64,000 nt of DNA from Desulfatiglandales bacterium (GTDB taxonomy: Bacteria > Desulfobacterota > DSM-4660 > Desulfatiglandales > HGW-15): positions 1,984,001 to 2,048,000 of the forward strand of contig CAXXJJ010000001.1 in the NCBI GenBank assembly GCA_963667015.2, in the 5' to 3' direction. The notes below the pieces were generated by a model. The model was not told the DNA's origin. It did not search any database and saw only the letters and a program-made list of their open reading frames with translations. Every line of letters begins with the position of its first letter. Position 1 is the first letter of the stretch. Position numbers and translations under genes: made by a program. Of the stretch, positions 1-10,668 are shown piece by piece.

Positions 1-304
1 CAATATCAGAATACAGACATAATTCTCTTCTGCCATATCCCCCTACTGCGACAAGGGAAAATGGTATTTTCTTTTTAAACAGTTCCTGTCCTGTTTCACT
101 TTCCTGAATGCTTATCCTGAAGTAATTATCAATAATCTCCGAATACTCTTCCTGAAAGTCCTCTTTAACTGTTCCATTTGAGAATTGGGAGAATAGAGCA
201 TCCCTGGACTCTTTGAGTTCAGCATGCGCTGATTGTCTATTCTTTGCGTCCAGGGAATATTCTGTTTCAGAATAAAGTTCTTCGGCTTTATTATCTGCTG
301 ACAT
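1..304 (-). CDS. glnD: [Protein-PII] uridylyltransferase, N-terminal part (runs off window)
   Basis: Manual translation from ATG at 304: MSADNKAEEL...FSLVAVGGYGRRELCLYSDI(D), the GlnD nucleotidyltransferase signature; lies directly downstream of amtB-glnK. Confidence 0.9.
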   Translation of the reverse strand, partial: MSADNKAEELYSETEYSLDAKNRQSAHAELKESRDALFSQFSNGTVKEDFQEEYSEIIDNYFRISIQESETGQELFKKKIPFSLVAVGGYGRRELCLYSDI

Positions 305-319
305 GATAACCTATTTTAT

Positions 320-804
<485 letters not shown>

Positions 805-850
805 CTATCCGATGATACGCCATAAACTTAAAGTATTCTCATGAAGCCGA

Positions 851-2062
851 CTATGTAGTATACCCGGTTTCATTGTGCATGCTGATATCCAGACCTCTTT
901 CTTCATCTTCCGCAGTAACTCTCAATCCAACTACCAGATCAACAACTTTAAGAATTATAAAGGTCATGACAAATGAAAATGCCATTGTGGCTATGACCGA
1001 TTTAAACTGTATCCAGAGCTGCACCGGATTTCCAAAGAACAGGCCGTTGGCTGCGTCGGGATTAACTGCGAGGCTTGCAAAAAGGCCTGTAGCAAGTGCT
1101 CCCCAGATACCTCCAAGGCCGTGTATTCCTACAACATCAAGCGAGTCATCATAGCCCAGTTTGCTTTTAAGCATGACGCCTCCAAAGCAGAGTACCCCGG
1201 CAATTCCACCTATTATTATTGATGCTACAGGGCCGACATATCCGCATGCAGGCGTAATTGCTACGAGTCCCGCTACCGCGCCGCTGGCTGCACCCAGAGT
1301 GGTTGGCTTTCCACTGTGAAACCATTCGGCCAGAACCCATGTAAGAGCGGCAACTGCCGCTGAAATATGCGTTACAACAAATGCATTTGCTGCCAGACCG
1401 TTGCATGCAAGGGCACTTCCGGCATTGAATCCGAACCAGCCGAACCAGAGGAGTGCAGCACCTGTTATTGTCATAGGCAGGTTATGGGGTATGTATGCAG
1501 TACTGCCGTAACCCTTTCTTTTCCCGATCATTAATGCGGCTACAAGGGCTGCTGATCCGGAACTTATGTGGACAACCGTTCCGCCGGCAAAGTCAAGGGC
1601 TCCATCTGCCCCCATCCAGCCACCGCCCCATGCCCAGTGACAGAGCGGGTTGTAGACAATTATTGCCCAGAGCAGTGAAAAGAGCAGAAAGGCACTGAAT
1701 TTCATTCTTTCTGCAAATGCCCCTGTGATAAGGGCCGGTGTAATGATTGCAAACATGCACTGGAATATCATAAAGGACAGGTGGGGTATGGTGCTCCCTT
1801 CCGTGGGAGTCATGCCCACGCCTTTCAGGGCAAAAAAGTCAAAATTGCCGATGATTCCTCCGATATCAGTTCCGAATGACATGGAATATCCTATCAGTAC
1901 CCATTCAATCGTTATAACTCCAAGTAAAATAAAACTGTGCATAATGGTCCCCAGTACATTTTTGTTGCGGACCATTCCTCCGTAAAAAAGTGCCAGCCCG
2001 GGGGTCATCAGCATGACCAGTGCAGCCGACATTAAAACAAAAGCGGTATCTCCTGCGTTCAT
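851..2062 (-). CDS. amtB: Ammonium transporter
   Basis: MTPGLALFYGG, FQCMFAIIT, DFAGGTVVH, WFGWFGFNAGS, DDSLDVVGIHG motifs. Confidence 0.97.
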   Translation of the reverse strand: MNAGDTAFVLMSAALVMLMTPGLALFYGGMVRNKNVLGTIMHSFILLGVITIEWVLIGYSMSFGTDIGGIIGNFDFFALKGVGMTPTEGSTIPHLSFMIFQCMFAIITPALITGAFAERMKFSAFLLFSLLWAIIVYNPLCHWAWGGGWMGADGALDFAGGTVVHISSGSAALVAALMIGKRKGYGSTAYIPHNLPMTITGAALLWFGWFGFNAGSALACNGLAANAFVVTHISAAVAALTWVLAEWFHSGKPTTLGAASGAVAGLVAITPACGYVGPVASIIIGGIAGVLCFGGVMLKSKLGYDDSLDVVGIHGLGGIWGALATGLFASLAVNPDAANGLFFGNPVQLWIQFKSVIATMAFSFVMTFIILKVVDLVVGLRVTAEDEERGLDISMHNETGYTT

Positions 2063-2115
2063 AGTGTTCTCTCCTTCCTCTCCTTTGAAAGTAGATTGTT
2101 TACTATTTAAACATA

Positions 2116-2131
2116 AGCAATGGGTGTGCCA
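2116..2131 (-). promoter_or_regulatory. sigma54 (-24/-12) promoter of amtB-glnK-glnD
   Basis: Minus strand reads TGGCAC-ACCCA-TTGCT, matching consensus TGGCAC-N5-TTGCW. Confidence 0.85.
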
Positions 2132-2210
2132 TTATGCCCTGAATGGAGAATGTATATATATAACAGTAAGTTGTAGCTAGTGTTCCAGTATGAGAGGTAT
2201 GAACTAAAAT

Positions 2211-2250
2211 ACAAAAATGTATATCAGGGTAAATATTGACACAAAAATGT
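2211..2250. promoter_or_regulatory. Paired ACAAAAATGT sites, putative enhancer (NtrC-like activator) sites
   Basis: Identical 10-mers at 2211-2220 and 2241-2250 (30-bp period), about 80 bp upstream of the -24 element; same layout upstream of the second amtB. Confidence 0.65.
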
Positions 2251-2316
2251 TAATTAAAAATGACTTTTAAAGTTGTTAGAAAAATATTTCTATACCTAAT
2301 TCATTATACCATATTC

Positions 2317-2345
2317 TTGACACTAATATGATGCTTCAATATATT
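2317..2345 (+). promoter_or_regulatory. sigma70-type promoter of carB operon
   Basis: TTGACA-17 bp-TATATT upstream of AGGAGG/ATG at 2373. Confidence 0.6.
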
Positions 2346-2372
2346 AGTTCAACTAAAAAACAAGGAGGCATT

Positions 2373-5300
2373 ATGCCGAAACTCAAGGACATTAACAAGG
2401 TAATGATTATAAGTTCGGGACCAATCATAATTGGTCAAGCATGTGAATTTGATTATTCAGGGACACAGGCCTGTAAAGCGCTTAGAAAACTTGGCTATGA
2501 AATTGTACTTGCCAATTCAAATCCAGCTACCATTATGACGGATCCGGGAATGGCTGAAGCTACCTATATTGAACCCCTCAACCTTAATATGATGAGGGAG
2601 ATTATAGAAAAAGAAAGACCGGATGCCCTTTTACCAAATCTTGGCGGGCAGTCCGGCCTCAACCTGTCTTCAGAACTTGCCAGGACAGGGGTTCTTGATG
2701 AATTCGGTGTTAAGATAATAGGCATTGAGGTTGATGCAATAAGGCGTGGTGAAGACCGTATAGCCTTCAAGGAAACAATGGATAAACTCGGCATTGAAAT
2801 GCCCAGAAGTAAACCCGCCTTTTCTGTTGAAGAAGCAGAGAAGATTGCTGAAGAACTGGGGTACCCCGTTGTTATTCGGCCTGCATATACCATGGGAGGA
2901 ACCGGCGGCGGGCTTGTATATAATATTGAAGAACTGCGTACTATTGCCTCAAGAGGAATATCCGCAAGCCTGGTAGGGCAGGTCCTGGTGGAAGAATCGG
3001 TTTTAGGGTGGGAAGAGCTTGAGCTTGAGGTCGTAAGAGATGCAAAAAATCAAATGATAACGGTCTGTTTTATTGAAAACGTTGATGCAATGGGCGTTCA
3101 TACTGGTGATTCCTTCTGTACCGCCCCTATGCTTACAATTGATCCCGAACTGCAGAAAAAACTTCAGAAATATTCCTACAATATTGTAGAGGCAATACAG
3201 GTCATCGGCGGAACAAATATCCAGTTTGCCCATAATCCTGAAACAGGAAGGGTTGTGGTTATTGAAATCAATCCCAGGACATCCCGGTCCTCGGCTCTTG
3301 CTTCAAAAGCTACGGGTTTTCCCATTGCTCTTGTTTCATCTCTTTTAGCAGGCGGCATGACGCTGGATGAAATACCCTACTGGAGAGACGGTACTCTCGA
3401 CAAGTATACTCCCTGGGGTGATTATGTTGTGGTTAAATTTGCCCGCTGGGCATTTGAAAAGTTTCAGGGTTCTGAAGATAAACTGGGGACCCAGATGCGC
3501 GCAGTGGGTGAGGTAATGAGCATTGGCAGGAATTATAAAGAGGCATTCCAGAAGGCAATCCGTTCTCTTGAAAACGGCAGGTACGGGCTGGGGTTTGCAA
3601 AGGATTTCAATAAAAAATCTCTTGATCTACTTATGGATATGCTGTCTGAGGCGACAAGCGAGCGCCAGTTCATTATGTATGAAGCACTTCGAAAAGGGGC
3701 AGCGATTGATGACCTTCACAAAAAGACACATATAAAGGCATGGTTTATTGAACAGATGAAAGAGCTGGTGGATCTTGAAAACAGTCTTCTTGAATATAAG
3801 ACAAAGGATTTGCCGGACGATCTTTTCATCAAAGCAAAAAAGGATGGGTTCTCGGACAGGTATCTGTCCCAGATACTTGAAATCCCTGAGGACAAAATCA
3901 GGGAAAAGCGGAAGGCACTGGGCCTTGAAGAGGCATGGGAACCTGTACCGGTAAGCGGTGTTGAAGATGCTGCCTATTACTATTCCACATATAATGCCCC
4001 TGATAAGGTTGAATCAAGCAGTAACAGGAAGATCATGGTGCTTGGTGGCGGACCAAACAGGATAGGGCAGGGCATTGAATTTGACTACTGCTGTGTTCAT
4101 GCCGCCTTTGCTATAAGGGACGAAGGGCTTGAGTCCATAATGGTCAACTGTAATCCTGAGACCGTGTCAACGGACTATGATACCTCCGATAAACTCTATT
4201 TTGAGCCGCTGACAGTTGAGGATGTATTAAGCATATATGAAAAGGAAAAACCCGAAGGTGTGATAGTGCAGTTCGGCGGGCAGACCCCGCTTAATATTGC
4301 ATCCGAGCTTGAAAAGGCAGGTGTGAAAATAATAGGTACTTCCCCGGATGCGATAGACCTTGCTGAAGATCGCGATCGTTTTCGCCAGGTTATGCGCAGG
4401 CTGGGTATACCCCAGCCCGAATCAGGCATGGCCAGCAATCTAGATCAGGCTCTAAAAGTTGCAGAATCTATTGGATATCCGCTTATGGTCAGACCTTCCT
4501 ATGTCCTGGGAGGAAGGGCAATGGAAGTTGTACATGACGAAGAGATGTTGAGGCAGTATGTCAGCGCCGCAGTAGATGTAAGTCCTTCAAGACCCATACT
4601 GATAGATAAATTTCTTGAGAACGCAATAGAAGCGGAGGCTGATGCAATATCTGATGGAAAGGATGCCTTTGTTCCGGCTGTAATGGAGCATATAGAGCTT
4701 GCAGGCGTTCATTCAGGCGATTCAGCATGCGTAATACCCCCGGTGAGCATCCCACAAAAACATATCGATACAATATATGAATATACAAAAAAGATTGCTA
4801 TTGAGCTCAATGTGGTGGGGCTTATGAATATCCAGTATGCTATTGCCAGTGACACAGTTTATATACTGGAGGCTAATCCCAGGGCATCAAGGACCGTACC
4901 GCTTGTATCAAAGGTCTGTAACATCCAGATGGCCCGTATGGCTACACAGGTCATGCTTGGAAAAAGCCTTAAGGACCTTGATATCAGACCGCGGGCAATA
5001 CCTCATTATGGTGTAAAGGAATCTGTTTTCCCGTTTAATATGTTTCCTGAGGTTGATCCAGTCCTTGGTCCTGAGATGCGTTCGACCGGTGAAGTCCTTG
5101 GACTGGCAGACTCATTCGGCCTGGCCTATTATAAGGCCCAGGAAGCAACCCAGCTTGTCCTGCCGTCTGAGGGTACAGTGCTTCTCACTGTTTCCGAAAA
5201 TGACCGTCCTGCTGTTCTTGAATTAGCAAGACAGTTTAAGTCACTCAATTTCAGGATACTGGCAACAAACGGAACATGCCGCTTCCTGAAGGAAAATGAT

Positions 5301-5573
5301 ATAGATGCAGAACCTATCCTGAAGATGCATGAAGGCCGGCCCAATATAGTTGACAGTATCAAAAACGGAGATATCCATCTTGTTATAAATACCCCGTCCG
5401 GCAAACTGAGCAAAAATGATGATTCCTACATAAGGAAGGCTGCCATAAAATATAAGATCCCTTACATTACAACCCTTGCAGCAGGTATTGCCGCAGCAAG
5501 GGGAATCGGTGCATTCCGAAAAGGGCATGGCAGTGTGAAATCGCTTCAGAGTTATCATTCTGACATTAAATAG
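2373..5573 (+). CDS. carB: Carbamoyl-phosphate synthase large subunit
   Basis: GPIIIGQACEFDYSG, EINPRTSRSSALASKATG, duplicated ATP-grasp domains, C-terminal MGS domain; start moved to the ATG after AGGAGG. Confidence 0.97.
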   Translation: MPKLKDINKVMIISSGPIIIGQACEFDYSGTQACKALRKLGYEIVLANSNPATIMTDPGMAEATYIEPLNLNMMREIIEKERPDALLPNLGGQSGLNLSSELARTGVLDEFGVKIIGIEVDAIRRGEDRIAFKETMDKLGIEMPRSKPAFSVEEAEKIAEELGYPVVIRPAYTMGGTGGGLVYNIEELRTIASRGISASLVGQVLVEESVLGWEELELEVVRDAKNQMITVCFIENVDAMGVHTGDSFCTAPMLTIDPELQKKLQKYSYNIVEAIQVIGGTNIQFAHNPETGRVVVIEINPRTSRSSALASKATGFPIALVSSLLAGGMTLDEIPYWRDGTLDKYTPWGDYVVVKFARWAFEKFQGSEDKLGTQMRAVGEVMSIGRNYKEAFQKAIRSLENGRYGLGFAKDFNKKSLDLLMDMLSEATSERQFIMYEALRKGAAIDDLHKKTHIKAWFIEQMKELVDLENSLLEYKTKDLPDDLFIKAKKDGFSDRYLSQILEIPEDKIREKRKALGLEEAWEPVPVSGVEDAAYYYSTYNAPDKVESSSNRKIMVLGGGPNRIGQGIEFDYCCVHAAFAIRDEGLESIMVNCNPETVSTDYDTSDKLYFEPLTVEDVLSIYEKEKPEGVIVQFGGQTPLNIASELEKAGVKIIGTSPDAIDLAEDRDRFRQVMRRLGIPQPESGMASNLDQALKVAESIGYPLMVRPSYVLGGRAMEVVHDEEMLRQYVSAAVDVSPSRPILIDKFLENAIEAEADAISDGKDAFVPAVMEHIELAGVHSGDSACVIPPVSIPQKHIDTIYEYTKKIAIELNVVGLMNIQYAIASDTVYILEANPRASRTVPLVSKVCNIQMARMATQVMLGKSLKDLDIRPRAIPHYGVKESVFPFNMFPEVDPVLGPEMRSTGEVLGLADSFGLAYYKAQEATQLVLPSEGTVLLTVSENDRPAVLELARQFKSLNFRILATNGTCRFLKENDIDAEPILKMHEGRPNIVDSIKNGDIHLVINTPSGKLSKNDDSYIRKAAIKYKIPYITTLAAGIAAARGIGAFRKGHGSVKSLQSYHSDIK

Positions 5574-5588
5574 GGAGGAGTGTAAAGA

Positions 5589-7064
5589 ATGGATGGAATA
5601 GTAGGGGTATATGGCAGTGGTGATAATGAACTGGTCAGTAAGGCGTTTTTAGCCACAGGCGCATGTCAGCACAGGGGAAAGGCCAGTACAGGTCTTGCAG
5701 TAGGAAGCCGTAAAGGTATCTACATACACAAGGGGCTTGGCAGGATAGCCGAAATTATTGACGATAGATTGGTTAAAATTTTTCAGGACCTTTCACCCAT
5801 GGCGGCAATAGGGAATATAGGCTATACAAAGGGTGCTGTTGCCGAAAAGATTAATGCCGAACCAATTGAAATATCACCCTATTCAGGCTCAAAATACAAA
5901 GTCGTTGTTACGATGGATGGTTATCTCAGGGGGAAGAGAGACCTGATCAGTGAGCTTGAAGAGGATTACAGGCTGCAGACAAGTAATAAAACAGAAATAA
6001 TAGGCGCCCTTCTACATAAATACATCAGCCAGGAAGGGGTCAGTTTTGAAGCGGGTGAGAAACTCCTGGAGAAACTGGATGGAAGGGCAACATTTGCACT
6101 GACCGCACTTATATATGACGGAAAAGAGACACACCTTATTACCCTGAATGATGCAAAGGCGTTTGAACCCTTTTGTTATGGAATGATCAATGGAACATTC
6201 GTCGCCAGTTCGGAATCATGCTCCCACAGGCGTCTGGGTGGAACCATAGAAAAGGAATATGAAGGTGCTGAGATGACAATCTGCAGTGATTCGGGTATCA
6301 GGACCAGGAGATTGAGAGAAGAGCAGATGAGTCCTGATGTGTTTCAGGGGGTCTATTTTGGAAATGTAGCCTCTCTATACAGGGGAAAGGAGATATTCCA
6401 GATAAGGAGAGAACTCGGGCTTAAGCTGGTTGAATATTATAAAGGATCGAGTGCAGATATTGTTATTCCAAACCCGGAATCAGGGTGGGGAGTAACCGTT
6501 GGGGTTGCAGAGGGATTAAAGAAAAACCTGTTCCCGGCCCTTATAAAGCTTCCACAGGCCGTAAGGACCTTCCAGGAAGGGGAACGGTCCTCAAGGACAA
6601 AGGAAGTAGGCCTGAAATTCGGCGGTATTGATTCGATCCTTAATGGCAGGCGAATCGCCATGGGTGATGACAGTATTGTAAGGGGCAGTGTAAGTGAAGG
6701 CGGTTCGGTGTGGGTTGTTTATAACGCAGGCGCAAAATACATCGAATTCTGGATATCCTATGGCCCCATGGCTTTCCCTTCCTTCAAGGAATGGCACAGG
6801 GGAATAAAATGTCTTCATGAACTGGCTGTCCAGAGGGCATTTAAGGATGACAATCCCTATGATAAATCCATGGATGAAATCAACAAAGCAGTGGCTAAAC
6901 TCGTTGGTGTTGATGAGGTGATGTACAACACCCTTGAAGGTATAAGGGATGTGGCCGGAGACGGTTCTTTTCAGGCCCTTGACGCCAGTTACCCTATAGC
7001 TGAGAAATACTGGCCCGACTGGCTCAAGTTAGAATATGAACGGTTTGTCAGGTATCGGTCATAG
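5589..7064 (+). CDS. Amidophosphoribosyltransferase (PurF)-like protein lacking the catalytic Cys1
   Basis: N-terminus MDGIVG (canonical MCGIVG), QHRG, PRPP loop DDSIVRG, IPNPESG. Confidence 0.8.
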   Translation: MDGIVGVYGSGDNELVSKAFLATGACQHRGKASTGLAVGSRKGIYIHKGLGRIAEIIDDRLVKIFQDLSPMAAIGNIGYTKGAVAEKINAEPIEISPYSGSKYKVVVTMDGYLRGKRDLISELEEDYRLQTSNKTEIIGALLHKYISQEGVSFEAGEKLLEKLDGRATFALTALIYDGKETHLITLNDAKAFEPFCYGMINGTFVASSESCSHRRLGGTIEKEYEGAEMTICSDSGIRTRRLREEQMSPDVFQGVYFGNVASLYRGKEIFQIRRELGLKLVEYYKGSSADIVIPNPESGWGVTVGVAEGLKKNLFPALIKLPQAVRTFQEGERSSRTKEVGLKFGGIDSILNGRRIAMGDDSIVRGSVSEGGSVWVVYNAGAKYIEFWISYGPMAFPSFKEWHRGIKCLHELAVQRAFKDDNPYDKSMDEINKAVAKLVGVDEVMYNTLEGIRDVAGDGSFQALDASYPIAEKYWPDWLKLEYERFVRYRS

Positions 7065-7083
7065 ATTAAGGAGAAGTGCGGAT

Positions 7084-8595
7084 ATGAAGATAGCGTTTGA
7101 TAACGAAAAATACATTCAGGAACAGTCAGCGGAGATTATTGAAAGGGCGAAGAGATTCAATGATAAACTCTATCTGGAGTTTGGGGGAAAGCTCCTTTAT
7201 GATTACCATGCAGCCAGGGTTCTTCCCGGATATGATCCCAATATAAAGATGAGGCTCCTTCAGGAATTAAAGGGCCAGGCAGATCTGATTTTATGTATAT
7301 ATGCAGGAGATATTGAAAGAAAAAAGATGAGGGCCGATTTCGGAATCACCTATGATTCCGAAGCCCTCAAGCTGATAGATGATCTGCGTAACTGGGGCAT
7401 AAATGTCCTGAGTGTTGTTATAACACGATATAACGGGCAGCCGGCTGCAAAGCTCTTTAAAAACAAGCTGGAGAGGAGAGGGATAAATGTCCTGACCCAC
7501 CAGTTTACCAAGGGTTACCCGACAGATGTTGACCTGATTGTAAGTGATGAAGGGTATGGCGCCAATCCCTTTATAGAGTCTGACAAGCCGCTGGTAATTG
7601 TAACCGGGCCGGGACCGGGAAGCGGAAAACTGGCTACATGCCTTTCTCAGGTCTACCATGAACACAAGAGAGGAGTAAATGCCGGGTATGCAAAATTTGA
7701 GACATTTCCGATATGGAGCATTCCTCTCAAGCATCCTGTAAACATAGCCTATGAGGCGGCCACGGCTGATATTAAGGATTTTAATTTGATCGATCCCTTT
7801 CATCTGGAGGCATACAATATAAAGGCCATTAATTACAACCGTGATGTTGAGGTTTTTCCTGTTCTTAAGAGGATACTGAAAAAGATACGCGGCGGAGAGA
7901 CTCCCTACCAGTCACCGACGGATATGGGTGTTAACCGGGTGGGATTCGCAATACTGGATGATGAGGAGACAAGGGAGGCGTCAAAGCAGGAGATTATAAG
8001 AAGGTTTTTTCGCTATCAGTGTGAGTATGTAATGGGACTCGCCAGTAAAGATACTGTTCAAAGGGTTGAACTCCTTATGGAGGATTTCAATATAGATTCA
8101 GATTACAGAAAAGTCGTTCAGCCTGCCCATGATGCGGCCCTTGAAGCAACAAAGAGAAATAAGGGAAGTGAAGGAATATTCTGCGGGGCGGCAATAGAGC
8201 TAAAGGACGGAACTATTGTAACAGGAAGCAATTCATCCTATCTCCATGCGGCATCCAGCCTTATACTGCATGCCATAAAATACCTGGCGGAAATACCGGA
8301 AAAGATCAAACTGCTGCCTGCAAATATAACTGAATCAGTCGGAAGACTTAAGACCCGGATATTGAATGAAAAAAATCTAAACATGGATCTGCTGGAGACC
8401 CTGATCGCGCTCAGTATAAGCGCTACAACAAATCCTGCCGCACAGCTGGCAATGGAAAAGCTGCCCGAGCTGAAGGGATGCGAGGTCCATATGACCCATA
8501 TTCCAACGCCAGGTGATGAGGCTGGGTTGAGGCGTCTCGGGGTCAATCTTACCAGCGAACCCAATTTTTCAACAAAGGATCTTTTTGTAAGTTAA
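7084..8595 (+). CDS. DUF1846 (UPF0371) family protein
   Basis: KLYLEFGGKL..DYHAARVLPG, GPGSGKLATCLSQ, YQSPTDMGVN motifs. Confidence 0.9.
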   Translation: MKIAFDNEKYIQEQSAEIIERAKRFNDKLYLEFGGKLLYDYHAARVLPGYDPNIKMRLLQELKGQADLILCIYAGDIERKKMRADFGITYDSEALKLIDDLRNWGINVLSVVITRYNGQPAAKLFKNKLERRGINVLTHQFTKGYPTDVDLIVSDEGYGANPFIESDKPLVIVTGPGPGSGKLATCLSQVYHEHKRGVNAGYAKFETFPIWSIPLKHPVNIAYEAATADIKDFNLIDPFHLEAYNIKAINYNRDVEVFPVLKRILKKIRGGETPYQSPTDMGVNRVGFAILDDEETREASKQEIIRRFFRYQCEYVMGLASKDTVQRVELLMEDFNIDSDYRKVVQPAHDAALEATKRNKGSEGIFCGAAIELKDGTIVTGSNSSYLHAASSLILHAIKYLAEIPEKIKLLPANITESVGRLKTRILNEKNLNMDLLETLIALSISATTNPAAQLAMEKLPELKGCEVHMTHIPTPGDEAGLRRLGVNLTSEPNFSTKDLFVS

Positions 8596-8625
8596 ACAGG
8601 GTATTCAATAACAGGACTTTATCGG

Positions 8626-8668
8626 AATAAGACAGGCAGTTGATTTTTTTCTTAACTGCCTGTCTTAT
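8626..8668. terminator. Bidirectional hairpin terminator
   Basis: aataagacaggcagtt...aactgcctgtcttatt inverted repeat between convergent genes. Confidence 0.75.
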
Positions 8669-8677
8669 TTATTTAAA

Positions 8678-9373
8678 CTATTTCTTCTTGGGCGGCGGAC
8701 CAAATACCTTAAGGTTTGCAGGGCCTCCCCAGTCAAAGGTTCTTAAATCAAAGTCAGGAACGCGCGGTTCGCGGTCCAGGTTCGGCCCAAGGTACAGTGC
8801 ATGGAAGAGAATGGGCTTATTGATTTTTCTGAAATTAAGCGGGGCATGCTGTACGCCCTTTGGAATAAATACCACGGTTGTGGAGGTGATGGTGTGTTTT
8901 TCCATTTCCTCTCCCATCCAGAGATCCACCTCCGCATCAAAACTGCTGCAAAGGTCCGGAAGATCCGCACCCAGGAAGATAAGAAACTCATCATATTTAT
9001 GTATGTGTGGAGTTTCCCAGCAGACCGGATCGGTGAATACCTGCCATCCTATGGTTGCGGTTGCCCCGGGTAGTGCCGAAGCGCCTCTAAAATAGGTCTG
9101 CGGACTGGCTATTTCCGGAAATATGGGGAGGCTGTTAAGCCCGACAAAATCGTTTGCCTTTGGCGGCTCACCATTGTCCCTTAAAAAAAATTTCCCGTAT
9201 TTTGTTCCATCCGGTGATACTGCTCCGGCTGCAGCGGCCATCACTTCGCCTTCACCTGGGCCAAGGGTCCTGTTGAGCCAGCCCGCCAGAGCCAGGCCAC
9301 CTGCGCCTGCAAGCAGTTTCTTGAAAAATCCTCTGCGCGATGTATCCTTTTTAACTGTGCTGTCAATACTCAT
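8678..9373 (-). CDS. Tat-signal cupin-like protein
   Basis: SRRGFFK twin-arginine signal; PHIHKYDEFL and IPKGVQHAPL cupin motifs. Confidence 0.75.
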   Translation of the reverse strand: MSIDSTVKKDTSRRGFFKKLLAGAGGLALAGWLNRTLGPGEGEVMAAAAGAVSPDGTKYGKFFLRDNGEPPKANDFVGLNSLPIFPEIASPQTYFRGASALPGATATIGWQVFTDPVCWETPHIHKYDEFLIFLGADLPDLCSSFDAEVDLWMGEEMEKHTITSTTVVFIPKGVQHAPLNFRKINKPILFHALYLGPNLDREPRVPDFDLRTFDWGGPANLKVFGPPPKKK

Positions 9374-9531
9374 GTTAGTCTCTCCTTTCCTGTTAAGACT
9401 TTTTTAAAAATAAATTGATTAATATCATCAGCCTTTATTAATAACCTTACATTTATCCCTGAGTAAAATTTTAACAGTCTGTCATTGTAGAGTTTATTAC
9501 TCATGCTTCATATCCTCTGTCTGTTTTTATT

Positions 9532-10026
9532 TCACCGGTTTTGATCCAGACTGAAGAATTCTATTGAACAGGGGTATTTCCAGATTTCGCCGCTGTTCGC
9601 CTTTATTCCGCCGATAATAGGAAATATAATGCCGATCAGTCCCAGTGCTATTAAAAGGGGTATTCCGATAAACACAAAACATAAAAGTCCGAATATAAGA
9701 GCAAACAGGGCGGCAGTGATAATCCAGTTTACAACAATACGGCCGTGCAGATCTAGAATATGGGATTCTTCCTTTTTTATCTGCCATATAACGATCGGTG
9801 CGATAAGACCTGCAAAGGGAACAAGATATCCGCAGAATTGAGACAGGTGAATAATCATCCCCCACATATTCTCATTCGAAGAAGCCCTGCCTGCTGTCTG
9901 ATCGAAGTTGAATTCATTGGATTTACTGTCCAGGATTCTTGCCTTGGCATCTTCGTACTCATCTTCGGAGATAGCACCTCTCTGTTTGAGGTTATTCAAT
10001 TTTTCAAGCTCTTCTACTAAACCCAT
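9532..10026 (-). CDS. SHOCT + DUF4870 membrane protein
   Basis: LEKLNNLKQRGAISEDEYEDAKARIL (SHOCT), then three TM segments ending GEIWKYP. Confidence 0.8.
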   Translation of the reverse strand: MGLVEELEKLNNLKQRGAISEDEYEDAKARILDSKSNEFNFDQTAGRASSNENMWGMIIHLSQFCGYLVPFAGLIAPIVIWQIKKEESHILDLHGRIVVNWIITAALFALIFGLLCFVFIGIPLLIALGLIGIIFPIIGGIKANSGEIWKYPCSIEFFSLDQNR

Positions 10027-10101
10027 ATAAATCCTCCCTGTTACTGGTCTGCAAATATATATTCTGAGATCTTAAATAGTTTTAAAAGGAAAAGAAATAC
10101 A

Positions 10102-10668
10102 CTAGAGCCCAAGATCATCCGCAATACCCTGCATTGCATTGAGGCAAAGGCCTGCGAATTCGGTTATATCCATGCCCAGTTTTTCACACTCCATTACTAT
10201 ATCCCTGTTTACACCTGCGGCAAAACTCTTTTCCTTCATGCGTTTTGTTATGGATTTTGTCTTGACGCCTGCCAGTTTTTTATCCGGATAGACCAGTGCA
10301 GTGGCTATAATAAGGCCTGTAATGTTCTCGCCTGCAGCAAGTGCGTGATGAAACAGTTCGGAACGCTTTTCATTATGGGCTGCCTCATTATGCAGCCGGA
10401 TTGCCTGGATAATATCCTCTTCAACACCCTTCTCACGAAGAATCCTGGCTGTCTCATGCGTGTGCACTGACAGGTCCGCATCTACCATCTCGGTGTCCAG
10501 GTCATGCAGAAGACCTGTGAGTCCCCACTTTTCGCGGTCTTCGCCCAGCCGGTCTGCAAGGGCCTTCATAACCGCCTCTGATGCAAGAGAGTGTTTAATA
10601 AGGTTAGGATTCTTGATATGCTCATTCAACAGGTCAACTGCTTCTTCTCGTGTAATGCCGTATGCCAT
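10102..10668 (-). CDS. HD-domain (HDIG) phosphohydrolase
   Basis: KHSLASEAVM, GLLHDLD, KKMKEKSFAAGVNR-like motif; start at MAYGITREEA. Confidence 0.85.
   Translation of the reverse strand: MAYGITREEAVDLLNEHIKNPNLIKHSLASEAVMKALADRLGEDREKWGLTGLLHDLDTEMVDADLSVHTHETARILREKGVEEDIIQAIRLHNEAAHNEKRSELFHHALAAGENITGLIIATALVYPDKKLAGVKTKSITKRMKEKSFAAGVNRDIVMECEKLGMDITEFAGLCLNAMQGIADDLGL

Noticed and set aside
5575..5600. GAG GAG TGT (E-E-C) upstream of the PurF-like gene as a frameshifted true N-terminus
   Set aside because: Out of frame, has no start codon after the carB stop, and coincides with the GGAGG RBS of the ATG at 5589.
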